64,000 bases of DNA from Verrucomicrobiota bacterium (GTDB lineage: Bacteria; Verrucomicrobiota; Verrucomicrobiia; Limisphaerales; PALSA-1396): NCBI GenBank assembly GCA_016200005.1, contig JACQFP010000027.1, positions 1,437 through 65,436 on the forward strand. The letters run 5' to 3'. Made by a program: the position numbers and the translations under genes. The notes under the pieces were generated by a model that had not been told where the DNA came from, did no database searches, and saw only the letters and a list, made by a program, of their open reading frames with translations. Of the stretch, positions 21,455-30,624 are shown in pieces; positions within the stretch are counted from its first letter, which is position 1; the number at the start of each line of letters is the position of its first letter.

Positions 21455-21478
21455 TAACGAGGAAGGAGCAAAACCGAG

Positions 21479-21694
21479 CTAAAAAAGAAATGAAGTAGTA
21501 AAGAGAAACGCAAGAACTAGAAAAATGAAACGCACGGTTGACCAAACAAACCAAAAGTCGCGCGGGGTATCTTTCCTTACAAAAGGCCTTTTATAACCTC
21601 TGATGTGGATGGTCCCAGTTTTGAGGGACTTGAAAAGCCCAAAAAGCGCTAATGGAAAAAATATCAGAGTGAAAATTGCCAAATAGATTCGCAT
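21479..21694 (-). CDS. Candidate small two-TM membrane protein (71 aa) in AT-rich intergenic island
   Basis: ORF unusually long for ~40% GC sequence; two hydrophobic helices; same strand as flanking genes; no homology recognised. Confidence 0.3.
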   Translation of the reverse strand: MRIYLAIFTLIFFPLALFGLFKSLKTGTIHIRGYKRPFVRKDTPRDFWFVWSTVRFIFLVLAFLFTTSFLF

Positions 21695-21706
21695 GGCAAT
21701 CGGCCC

Positions 21707-22036
21707 TTACTCCTCATCAAACTTGCGTTTGACCAAGGCTTCCAATTCGAGCAACGCCTGCGGCGCGTCGCCACCCTCGGCATGGACGGTCAATTTGCTG
21801 CCGGGGCCGGCCGCCAGCATCATCAGGCCCATGATGCTTTTCCCGTTGATGCGTTCACCGTCCTTTTCGACGAAGATCTCGCAAGTAAATCGGCTGGCGG
21901 TTTTCACGAACATTGCCGCTGGCCGGGCGTGAATGCCCAGCTTGTTCGTCACCACCAGTTCCTTGAACCAGGGTTTGTCCGGTATCTTTTTGGCGCTCAT
22001 CCGTTCCGTGTGTTTAGTGTGCGCCGAGTTGGTCAT
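21707..22036 (-). CDS. ptsH: Phosphocarrier protein HPr (with short N-terminal extension)
   Basis: LGIHARPAAMFV motif around the phosphorylatable His; next to hprK. Confidence 0.8.
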   Translation of the reverse strand: MTNSAHTKHTERMSAKKIPDKPWFKELVVTNKLGIHARPAAMFVKTASRFTCEIFVEKDGERINGKSIMGLMMLAAGPGSKLTVHAEGGDAPQALLELEALVKRKFDEE

Positions 22037-22053
22037 TTTTGCCAGCTATTAGT

Positions 22054-23001
22054 TTACAGGTGGGTTTTGCCGGCCATTTGGGCAATCAGTCGGTCATTTA
22101 ATTCCTTGGCTGGATTATGACCGGCGGTCTTCAGCTTGGTGTGGAACGCCGCCACCTCGATCAATCTGGCCAAATCGCGGCCCGGTCGCACAGGAATCGT
22201 ATAATGCGGAATGTCCACACCCAGGACTTTGACAAACTCCTGTTCGATGCCGACCCGATCCACATCCGAAACTTCATTCCAGGTTTTCAACGTGACGACG
22301 AGATCCACCCTCTTTTCCCGCCGGATGCATTTGACGCCGAACATGGCGGCGACATTGATGATGCCGATGCCGCGCACTTCCATGTGATTGCGCGTCAGCT
22401 CGGCGCTGGTGCCCATCACTTCACGACCGTCGATCAACGTCAGCCGCGTGATATCGTCGGAAACCAGGCTGTAGCCGCGTTCAATCAAAGCCAGCACACA
22501 CTCGCTCTTGCCGATGCCGCTTTCGCCGCGAATGATTACGCCCACGCCCAGAATGTCCACCATGCTGCCCATCTCGGTGCCGCGCGGTGCGAACATCATC
22601 TCCAGAGCCAGCGTTGCCAGGTTGATGAACTTCATCGTGATCAGCGGACATTGGAAGATGGGTACCTTGGCCGCTTCAGCGCTTTTCAGAAACAGTTTGT
22701 CGGGTTTGAGATTTCGGCTGAAGACGACGCAGGGAATTTTGTGGGAAAACAAAACGTCGTAGCGAGATTGACGTTCCTCCGGCGAAAGCGATTTGAGGAA
22801 GGTTGCTTCCGCGCTGCCGATGACCTGCAAACGCTTGCTGGCAAAATATTTCGTGAAGCCAGCCAAAGCCAGGCCGGGACGATTGACGGTCGGCTCGCGG
22901 ATGATTCTCTTCAGGCCGCTGGCACCGGCCACCAACGTCAGGCCCAAAGCGCCGGCGTGCTCTGTGTAAAACCGTTCGACTGTGATTACATCGTGTTCCA
23001 T
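22054..23001 (-). CDS. hprK: HPr kinase/phosphorylase (start placed at MEHDVITVERF)
   Basis: P-loop GESGIGKSE, HprK C-terminal motifs; ORF-track ORF extends 29 codons upstream into a repeat region. Confidence 0.85.
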   Translation of the reverse strand: MEHDVITVERFYTEHAGALGLTLVAGASGLKRIIREPTVNRPGLALAGFTKYFASKRLQVIGSAEATFLKSLSPEERQSRYDVLFSHKIPCVVFSRNLKPDKLFLKSAEAAKVPIFQCPLITMKFINLATLALEMMFAPRGTEMGSMVDILGVGVIIRGESGIGKSECVLALIERGYSLVSDDITRLTLIDGREVMGTSAELTRNHMEVRGIGIINVAAMFGVKCIRREKRVDLVVTLKTWNEVSDVDRVGIEQEFVKVLGVDIPHYTIPVRPGRDLARLIEVAAFHTKLKTAGHNPAKELNDRLIAQMAGKTHL

Positions 23002-23019
23002 AACGAGAAATGGGGCAAT

Positions 23020-23097
23020 GGAGTAATGGAGTTGTGGAGTATTGGGAAACCGAAATTCCAGCACTCCAACACTCCAGCACTCCAACACTCCAATTGG
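23020..23097. repeat. Short tandem repeats (CACTCCAA-type units) with an imperfect upstream inverted partner
   Basis: agcactccaacactccagcactccaacactccaattgg preceded by ggagtaatggagttgtggagtattgg; between hprK and lptB. Confidence 0.55.
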
Positions 23098-23110
23098 TCC
23101 GCGCTCTGTT

Positions 23111-23887
23111 TCATAAATTAAATTCTGGGCCGAGATAAATCTCGCGCGCCTTGGAATCGTTCACCAGAAACTCACCGGTGCCTTCGCACACAACTTCGCC
23201 TTTATGGATCAAGTAGGCGCGATCCACCAGCTTCAAGGTTTCCCGCACATTGTGATCGGTGATCAATATCCCCAGGCCGCGCTCCTTCAACCGGCGCACA
23301 ATCTTTTGGACTTCATAGACGGCGATGGGATCGATTCCGCTGAACGGTTCGTCCAACAGCAGGAGCTTCGGACTGGTCACCAGCGCCCGGGTGATTTCGA
23401 GCCGCCGCTTTTCGCCTCCGCTCAACGTGTAGGCCATGTTCTTGGCCAGCGATGACATATCCAGTTCGTCGAGCAGATACTTGAGGCGCACGCGCCGCTC
23501 CTGGGAACTCATCTTGCAGGTTTCCAGGATGGCGAGGATGTTTTGCTCCACCGTCAGTTTGCGAAAGACCGACGGTTCCTGTGTCAGATAACCAATCCCC
23601 AAGCGGGCGCGCAGATGCATCGGCAACGACGTGATGGTCCGTCCTTGGAATGTGACGGCCCCGTCGTCGGGCTTGATCAAACCCACCACAATGTTGAATG
23701 TCGTCGTCTTGCCCGCACCGTTTGGGCCGAGCAGACCCACGATCTCGCCAGGCGCGACGGTAATGGACACGCCGTTGACCACGCGCCGCTGACTATATTT
23801 CTTCACCAGATTCTCGGTCGCCAACAGTTTGTCAACGGACTCCATCGTTGCTGTCGAATCGAATGCTTTGGTTGCGGTCTGGCTCAT
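23111..23887 (-). CDS. lptB: LPS export ABC transporter ATP-binding protein LptB (start possibly MESVDKL)
   Basis: Walker A GPNGAGKTT, ABC signature, LptB-like length; adjacent to LptA-like gene. Confidence 0.8.
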   Translation of the reverse strand: MSQTATKAFDSTATMESVDKLLATENLVKKYSQRRVVNGVSITVAPGEIVGLLGPNGAGKTTTFNIVVGLIKPDDGAVTFQGRTITSLPMHLRARLGIGYLTQEPSVFRKLTVEQNILAILETCKMSSQERRVRLKYLLDELDMSSLAKNMAYTLSGGEKRRLEITRALVTSPKLLLLDEPFSGIDPIAVYEVQKIVRRLKERGLGILITDHNVRETLKLVDRAYLIHKGEVVCEGTGEFLVNDSKAREIYLGPEFNL

Positions 23888-23913
23888 GTCGTGGCGGCAT
23901 CAGCATGCCCCGG

Positions 23914-25959
23914 CTATCTGGGAAAGGGCAAGTTCGTTTGGTTGGTGTTGGCGGGCGGACGTCTCCATTCGGATTTGTGTATCCCCCTCGCAGTCAGTTT
24001 TCCATCCGCGCGATCCCAAATCAACGAATCCGCTTTGCTGATACGGCTGCCAGGCAGTGTCGCCGTCGGTTCGCCGGTCAACTCCACGAGATTATTGGTG
24101 GCCGTGTAAACTGCCTGTGCCCCTTTGGCGCTGCGCTCGCCTTGTTCGAGGTACACGTTTCGTTCCGCGATCATTTTTTCAAGCTGATTGGTCGTCGCAA
24201 AAAAATAACCCGTCACCACCTCCGCCCTCAGCGTGGTGTGAACATCATTGGTGCCGGGGCGCACTTCATCCTGAACGGCCACGACCTTTTCCTCGGCCAA
24301 AAAACTCTCTGCCTGACCGTTCGTCGAAAGGTTGATCGTGAGGATTTCGCAGTTCAATTTCTTATACACTTTCCGGGCAGTGTCGGCAGGGCCGGGGACT
24401 TGTCCGACGGCCACGTTGCGCCGGGCCACGACGGTCTTCATCTGATTGTTCGTGAATTCAACCGTCAATAAACCACAAGTCATCCACCCATTCATCACGT
24501 CGCCTTCGAGCAGGTTTGCCCGGACGTTCTCGCGAAAGCTCAGGAGGTTGTTCCGATAATCGTAATCGTCAGAGAAGACTTCAACGAATTGGTTGGTCTT
24601 CGCCACGCGGTTGGTTGAATCGGCGGCACCAGACGACAACATGGACGATTTGCCCAACGCCGCCAGCGGCAGCTTGAGGTAACCATCGCCGTGCGCGGTA
24701 AAAACCTGGTTGGTCTGGTCGAAGGTCAGCGTGTCGCCGCTCACAACTCGTTGGTTGGAAGACCAGTTTGCTTTGCCGCTTAATCTGACTGTGCCGTCCG
24801 CTTCCGTGTAAATCGCTTCGTCGCCGGTGGCGCGGCTCTGATCATTGGGGTTGAAGATCAAAACGTTGGTGCGAGCGATGATGACACGAGCCGGCCGATT
24901 GGTCGTCGGTAACTGCATCGTCAAGAGCTTGGAGGTGATTTCGATGATTTCATTTGTGCCGGCGTGATCGGCCGCCGGCGTGGACGAGTTCGCCGACAGT
25001 GGCCCCGACAAACTCAAAGCCGCACGCGGCAATTTCAAATAAGCATTCGGTTCAGCCCGAACCGTGTTGTCTTGCCTGTCGAAAATGAATTTGTCCGCTT
25101 TCGCCGCGCGCTGGTCATCCTGCCAATGCGCATTGCCCATCAACTCAATCCTCTCCTGTTCCGCGTTCACCAAGTAAACCGCCGATTCGCCGGTGGCGCG
25201 ACTGTTGTCCTGCCTGCCTGTGATCACCACATTTGTTTCCGCCAGGACATTTTCCACTGAACCGTTGGTGGAAAAATGAGCCGTCGCAATTGCGCACGTC
25301 AGTTCCATCTTTGGATCGACCGCTCGGACGTTGCCCGAATAAACCGCCAGATTGGAAACGGAACTGAAATCGGCGTGTTGGGAAAAGATTTTGACGAATT
25401 GGTTTGTGTCGAGGACGGCATTGGTGGCCACGAGGGTTGGGACAGGAACGCCGGCTGAATTCGTCGTCGCCTCACCCGCCGGTTTGAGTTGAGAGGTCGG
25501 GGACGCGAGTAATTCCTTGTGGATGGTAGTTTCGACTTTGTTCGAAATGACCAGACTGAGATTCGTCTGCCGTAATAGAAATCCTTCGCCTTGTATGAAG
25601 AATTTTCCATCCGCCGTCTGCATCTGCATCGGCCCGGCGGAACTGACCGTGCGGTTAATCGTGTCATAGACGCACTCGGGCGCAGAACTGATTGTCTGGC
25701 GGTCGCCGTTTCGTGCAAAAGTTTCCATCCTGAACTCTTTGAGCAAAACCTTGCCTTCGCCGAGCGCGCGACCTTCCGCGCCCATCAGCAAATATTTTGT
25801 CTGATTCTGCAATGGTGGATCGTAGGGTTCAGCGAATCGAAATTTACTGATGACGACTCCGCGCTGCTGTCCATGCAATGTGACCACCAACAGAACAAAA
25901 GCGGCAAGCAGCCCGCCGATCAGAGCCCATCTCCCGGTTTGAACTGCGCGCTGCGTCAT
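23914..25959 (-). CDS. Periplasmic LptC/LptA-like protein with three OstA-like repeats
   Basis: N-terminal anchor/signal, LptC-like first module then three LptA-like repeats (e.g. NAHWQDDQRAAKADKFIFDRQDNTV, ANWSSNQRVVSGDTLTFDQTNQV). Confidence 0.6.
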   Translation of the reverse strand: MTQRAVQTGRWALIGGLLAAFVLLVVTLHGQQRGVVISKFRFAEPYDPPLQNQTKYLLMGAEGRALGEGKVLLKEFRMETFARNGDRQTISSAPECVYDTINRTVSSAGPMQMQTADGKFFIQGEGFLLRQTNLSLVISNKVETTIHKELLASPTSQLKPAGEATTNSAGVPVPTLVATNAVLDTNQFVKIFSQHADFSSVSNLAVYSGNVRAVDPKMELTCAIATAHFSTNGSVENVLAETNVVITGRQDNSRATGESAVYLVNAEQERIELMGNAHWQDDQRAAKADKFIFDRQDNTVRAEPNAYLKLPRAALSLSGPLSANSSTPAADHAGTNEIIEITSKLLTMQLPTTNRPARVIIARTNVLIFNPNDQSRATGDEAIYTEADGTVRLSGKANWSSNQRVVSGDTLTFDQTNQVFTAHGDGYLKLPLAALGKSSMLSSGAADSTNRVAKTNQFVEVFSDDYDYRNNLLSFRENVRANLLEGDVMNGWMTCGLLTVEFTNNQMKTVVARRNVAVGQVPGPADTARKVYKKLNCEILTINLSTNGQAESFLAEEKVVAVQDEVRPGTNDVHTTLRAEVVTGYFFATTNQLEKMIAERNVYLEQGERSAKGAQAVYTATNNLVELTGEPTATLPGSRISKADSLIWDRADGKLTARGIHKSEWRRPPANTNQTNLPFPR

Positions 25960-26492
25960 AGCCAGGCGCGACAGGCAGAAGGCGCAGTCGAAGATTTCAG
26001 ATTGGCAGCGGTGTCGTTCGGCACGCCGTGGTTCTACCAGTCACGCCCGGAAACGTAAAACGTAATTCGCAATGGAAGGTGTTTTCACCGGGATACATCT
26101 GCAGAATGCTGCAGTCCGTCACGCTTGAATTCACAATTCAACATCGCGTGGAGGTGGTGCCTTCCTTAAGGCTAACATTGATGCCGCTGCAAATGTCGCC
26201 AGGCGCGCGCGCCACGATTTCCGGTCTGCCTGCCGAAGAAATCGCTACCGTGAAGCGGTTGCGCCCGCGTTCGCCGGCGCTGGCGTTTTCGATTCGCGCG
26301 TTCTGGCCGACGCCGCCGACCGGGTGGCCAGCTTGTTTACCTCCGTGCACTGCCAACCGTCACAGAGGATTCTGAAGAGCGGCGCGCGGGAATGTAAACG
26401 CCGTTGAAGAACCGCTCTGTTTTGTGGGTTAAACATGAGCAGGAAGCTCTTGCGGGGACGTGCCGATTGCGCGTTTCGCAATCATCAGTGTG

Positions 26493-27083
26493 TCAGTACT
26501 CGTTAATACCCCAAAGCGGAGCGTTGGTGGGAGATCGGAGGCGGTCTTCCACCAACGGAGTCACATCCGTCGCGTGGGCAGAAATGCCCGCAAGCGGAAG
26601 GAGAACATGCGACGGCGCGGCAGGAAACACGTGCGGGAAAAAGTTCATCTCCGCCTGGAGCGCGACGCCGTTCAAATAGCCGAACATCAGGCAATCCTCC
26701 ACCCGGTCGGAAGGGGTGCCTTCCACCAGCGCGACCAGGGCGGAATCGTGACCCTCCTTGGCTGCACGCCATTTTTCAATCCAGTTGCGAGCGATCCAGG
26801 GCGGCTCCTTCGCGTCGCGGAGCGCCACGATGATCATATCGGCCTCCATGGCGGCGGCGATGGCCCGGTCAAGCAAGGCGGGATCATACAGGAAGTGAAA
26901 TTTCCACCAGGAGTACCGCATGTCATGGTCGTCGCGCAGGTTTTTGACGAGCGTGTCGTACAACGCAATAGCACGGCCATGCGTGAGTTCGTCCTCGTAA
27001 GCAACCACGAGGTGGAAGGGAAACTTCGGTTCCCAACGAACGGTTTCAGGAATGACTTCCAGCGAACTGGCGCTCATAGGCAT
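26493..27083 (-). CDS. Hypothetical protein (~197 aa from MPMSAS start; ORF-track ORF extends to 27245), possible TIR-/flavodoxin-like fold
   Basis: Open frame with HLVVAYEDE...(35 aa)...MIIVALRDAKEPPWIARNW pattern loosely resembling TIR betaA/betaD; no firm family assignment. Confidence 0.4.
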   Translation of the reverse strand: MPMSASSLEVIPETVRWEPKFPFHLVVAYEDELTHGRAIALYDTLVKNLRDDHDMRYSWWKFHFLYDPALLDRAIAAAMEADMIIVALRDAKEPPWIARNWIEKWRAAKEGHDSALVALVEGTPSDRVEDCLMFGYLNGVALQAEMNFFPHVFPAAPSHVLLPLAGISAHATDVTPLVEDRLRSPTNAPLWGINEY

Positions 27084-27329
27084 GTTCAGGTTAAGGGACG
27101 GATCAAGAGACCTCGTCGCAATCCCTCGCGCCACCGTATTCATCAGACCTCCTTTTGGCGAAGTCGTTGGAAAAGCGGACCGGCAGGTGTGGCGCGTTGG
27201 CTTCATGGCGACTGTCACCAGTCTGATCGCTCTGGCGTGCATCACAACGCGAACGGTTACGGATATTGCACCTCGGACGGATTACGGATGCGGACGGCGA
27301 AAGCAGGACGTCGTCAGCCGGCGCAGAAT

Positions 27330-27986
27330 TCACTGAACCATGCCCTGCGCGACCGCAAACCTCGTCAGGCCGGCGACGGTGTGGATGTCGAGCTTGTGCA
27401 TGATATGCTCGCGGTGGGTCTCCACGGTGCGCACCCCGACCCCAAGTCGGCGGGCGATATCCTTGTTGCTAAGCCCTTCAGCCACGTGCACCAACACCTC
27501 GCGTTCACGGTCGGACAGGGCGAACGCGTGGGCGGGGCGGGCGTCACCGGGGCTGCCCTGAGCGAGTTCCTCCACCAGAACGCTCGACACTCCAGGACCG
27601 CAAAAGACCTCACCCGCGCTTACGGCGCGAATGGCGCGCACCAGTTCATCGGGCGAACTGTCCTTCCGCACGAAGCCGCGCGCACCGAGCCGGAAAACTT
27701 GCGTGATGTATTCGCGATTGTCGTGCATGGTGAGCACCAAGACGCGGGCTCGGGGCGCTTTTTTCCGCAAGCGCGAGATGGCTTCCAGTCCGCTCATGCC
27801 CGGCATGCTGATGTCCATGAGCACGACCTCGGGCTTCAACCGCGCCGCCTGCCGCAGGGCTTCTTCGCCGTTGCCGGCTTCGCCGACAATCGCAATCCCG
27901 GCTTCCGTAGCCAGGTGGGACTTGATGCCCTCGCGCACGAATGGGTGATCGTCCACAAGTAACAGGCGAATTTTTCGAGCGGCCAT
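27330..27986 (-). CDS. NarL/FixJ-family response regulator (REC + LuxR-type HTH)
   Basis: LLVDDHPFVREG...D58 in MDISMPGMSG; C-terminal LSDREREVL...GLSNKDIARRLGVGVRTVETH. Confidence 0.85.
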   Translation of the reverse strand: MAARKIRLLLVDDHPFVREGIKSHLATEAGIAIVGEAGNGEEALRQAARLKPEVVLMDISMPGMSGLEAISRLRKKAPRARVLVLTMHDNREYITQVFRLGARGFVRKDSSPDELVRAIRAVSAGEVFCGPGVSSVLVEELAQGSPGDARPAHAFALSDREREVLVHVAEGLSNKDIARRLGVGVRTVETHREHIMHKLDIHTVAGLTRFAVAQGMVQ

Positions 27987-27998
27987 AATAGGAAAAGG

Positions 27999-29105
27999 TT
28001 AGCTGGAAAGCACGGGAAGGCGGCCCGCGGGTGTGACGCGGCGCGTTTGCGGCGTCAACTCCACGACCAGTTGCGTGCCCGCGCCGGGAGAGGATTCCAC
28101 CGAGCAAATCCCGCCGACCAGCCGGACGCGTTCCTCAATGTCCATCAACCCCATGCCCGCATCTTTCGCAGCGCCGAGGCTCAACACGCTCTGATCAAAC
28201 CCGCGTCCATCATCACGCACGCGAAACCGGAGACCGCCATCGTCGCACGCGAGTTCCACCGTCACCCGGCGCGCGCCGGCGTGCTTTTCCACGTTCGTCA
28301 GGGCCTCCTGCGCGATGCGGTAGATGCTCAACTCAATGTCGGCGGGGAGCTTTTGCGGCGTGTCGGGGCACACCAGTTCAACCACGATGCCGGTACGTTC
28401 CCCAAATTCTGTGCACAAGCTGCGCAGCGCCGCCACCAGGCCGAGGTCATCCAGTTCACTCGGGCGAAGATTGCGGGAGATGCGGCGCACTTCCAGCATG
28501 GCCTTGTCCAGTAAGGCTCGAGTTTTCTCCACCTCGGCGCTCAACGCATTGTCCTCCTTTGGCAGGCGCGCCTCAACGGATTGGATGCGGAACTTCACGG
28601 AGGAGAGAAGTTGGTTGACACTATCGTGCAATTCGCGTGCGACCCGGCGGCGTTCCGCTTCCTGCGCGTGCAGAATCAACCGGGGCAATTCGCGCAGTTT
28701 CGCCTCCGCGGCCGCCTTCTCACGCTCGACCGCCTTTTTGCGCAGCGCGCTGAGCACGGAGGACGGCAGCCGCCGCAGGCTGGCCTTGAGGATGTAATCG
28801 TCCGCGCCTTCCTTGATGCAGGCGACGGCGACTTCTTCCGAGCGATTGCCGGTGACCAGGATGAAAGGGATGTCGGGGCGTTTCGCCTGCAGCAGATGCA
28901 ACGCCTCCAGCGCATCAAATTCCGGCAGCGTGAAGTCCGAGAGCACGATGTCGGGCGGCGCGGTTTCGAGGACGGCGCGAAACTCTTCACGGGTTTGAAT
29001 CCGCCGGGTTTTGAACGAAATCTCCTCGTCGCGCAACGCCGCCTCCATCGCCTCCGCGTCGCGCGCGATGTCTTCGATGATGACGATGTCCAGTTCCTTG
29101 TTCAT
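27999..29105 (-). CDS. Hybrid sensor kinase: N-terminal receiver domain + HisKA_3 + HATPase_c
   Basis: REC motifs (IVLSDFTLPEFD), HisKA_3 H-box (ELHDSVNQLLSSV), G-box GMGL; no TM segments. Confidence 0.8.
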   Translation of the reverse strand: MNKELDIVIIEDIARDAEAMEAALRDEEISFKTRRIQTREEFRAVLETAPPDIVLSDFTLPEFDALEALHLLQAKRPDIPFILVTGNRSEEVAVACIKEGADDYILKASLRRLPSSVLSALRKKAVEREKAAAEAKLRELPRLILHAQEAERRRVARELHDSVNQLLSSVKFRIQSVEARLPKEDNALSAEVEKTRALLDKAMLEVRRISRNLRPSELDDLGLVAALRSLCTEFGERTGIVVELVCPDTPQKLPADIELSIYRIAQEALTNVEKHAGARRVTVELACDDGGLRFRVRDDGRGFDQSVLSLGAAKDAGMGLMDIEERVRLVGGICSVESSPGAGTQLVVELTPQTRRVTPAGRLPVLSS

Positions 29106-29229
29106 GCGCGATGGAGTGTTCGGGTTTCTGTCTGGTTTTTAACTCCGCTGCCCCTGCGGGTCGAGCGAAAACCAGAGGTCTTGATCGAGTCCTCAACCGC
29201 GACAAACTTCTGCTCTTGGACTATCAATT

Positions 29230-30537
29230 TCAAATCACCGTCCCATGCGGTATGATCCCATTCTTGGGAATGACCACGATGCCGTCGCGAATGAAATAAA
29301 GCGGATGATCGACATTCTGCGGTTTGCCCGCTGGCGAAATCGTGACGTTGTCACCGATACGGGCATTCTTATCAATGATGGCATTTTCGATGCGGGTGTT
29401 CTGGCCGACGCCGATCCGCGGCACGCCCGCCGCCTCATATTCCAGAATGGAGTTGTACGACTCGTAATAATCGCACCCGAGCAAGATGACCCGCTTCAAT
29501 TCGCTGCCGGCGCCCACGATGCTGCGGATGCCGACGATGCTCTGAATGATTTTGGCGTGGTTGATGATACATCCGTCGGAAATCACGGCGTGGTCGATCT
29601 GCGCCCCGTTGATTTTGGACGCCGGCAGAAAGCGGGGCCGGCTGAAAATCGGCGTCGCCATGTCAAAGAAATTAAACCGCGGCAGCTCGGAAGTCACATC
29701 GAGGTTGGCCTCAAAAAAGGAACGGATGGTGCCGATGTCCTCCCAGTAACCCTGGAACACATACGAAAAAACGCGATGCGTTTGAATCGCGCCCGGAATG
29801 ATGTGCTTGCCGAAATCGGTCATCGTGTTGTCCAGCAACTTCAGCAGGACGTCCCTGTTGAAAACATAGATGCCCATCGACGCCATGAACAATTCACCGT
29901 CGCCTTCAATGCCAAGTTGTGGATACCACGCCTTGTCCAACTTCAGCGAATCCAGCACCCCCACGTCTTTCGGCTTTTCGACAAAGCGCGTGATGCGCCG
30001 GTCCTGGTCGATCTGCATGATGCCCAGCGATTGGGCCTCGCCGCGCGCGACCGGAATGGTGGCAATGGTCAAATCAGCATTCGTCTCGGCATGCTGGTTG
30101 ATGATGGGGCGGAAATCCATGCGGTACAATTGGTCACCGCTGAGAATCAGCGCGTATTCAAATTCGTGATTCAGCAAGTGAATCAAATTCTTGCGCACGG
30201 CGTCGGCCGTGCCTTGATACCAGGAAGCGTCCGAAAAGGTTTGCTCGGCGGCCAGCAGTTCCACGAACCCGCCGGAAAAATGGTCGAACTTATAGGACTG
30301 CGAAATGTGGCGATGCAACGAAGCGGAATTGAATTGGGTCAACAGATAAATGCGCCGCAGCCCCGAATTGATGCAGTTGGAGATGGGAATATCGACCAGC
30401 CGATATTTTCCCGCCAGCGGAACGGCCGGTTTGGCGCGCTCTTTGGTCAGTGGAAACAACCGCTTCCCCTGCCCGCCGCCCATGATGACAGAAAGCACAT
30501 TGCTCGTGTTCGCGGTTTGCCGGCTGGTTTGAGCCAT
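29230..30537 (-). CDS. glgC: Glucose-1-phosphate adenylyltransferase
   Basis: GGGQGKRLFPLT...PAVPLAGKYRLVD N-terminus; 435 aa. Confidence 0.9.
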   Translation of the reverse strand: MAQTSRQTANTSNVLSVIMGGGQGKRLFPLTKERAKPAVPLAGKYRLVDIPISNCINSGLRRIYLLTQFNSASLHRHISQSYKFDHFSGGFVELLAAEQTFSDASWYQGTADAVRKNLIHLLNHEFEYALILSGDQLYRMDFRPIINQHAETNADLTIATIPVARGEAQSLGIMQIDQDRRITRFVEKPKDVGVLDSLKLDKAWYPQLGIEGDGELFMASMGIYVFNRDVLLKLLDNTMTDFGKHIIPGAIQTHRVFSYVFQGYWEDIGTIRSFFEANLDVTSELPRFNFFDMATPIFSRPRFLPASKINGAQIDHAVISDGCIINHAKIIQSIVGIRSIVGAGSELKRVILLGCDYYESYNSILEYEAAGVPRIGVGQNTRIENAIIDKNARIGDNVTISPAGKPQNVDHPLYFIRDGIVVIPKNGIIPHGTVI

Positions 30538-30624
30538 AATGAAATCCTTACTTGTGAATGGTCATGCGGATTTATAACGTTCCGGTCGGCAAAAGTAAAT
30601 CAAAACGGTCAATTAACTTTTCCT

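Noticed and set aside
26460-27962. 500-aa plus-strand ORF
   Set aside because: Overlaps the hypothetical gene and the response-regulator gene in antisense. Arg/His/Gly-rich low-complexity translation and no recognisable domains.
29245-30624. First ~460 codons of the 1081-aa plus-strand ORF
   Set aside because: Antisense to glgC. The genuine glmS begins at the canonical MCGIVGY at 30625 in the same frame, so the upstream part is a stop-free shadow extension.
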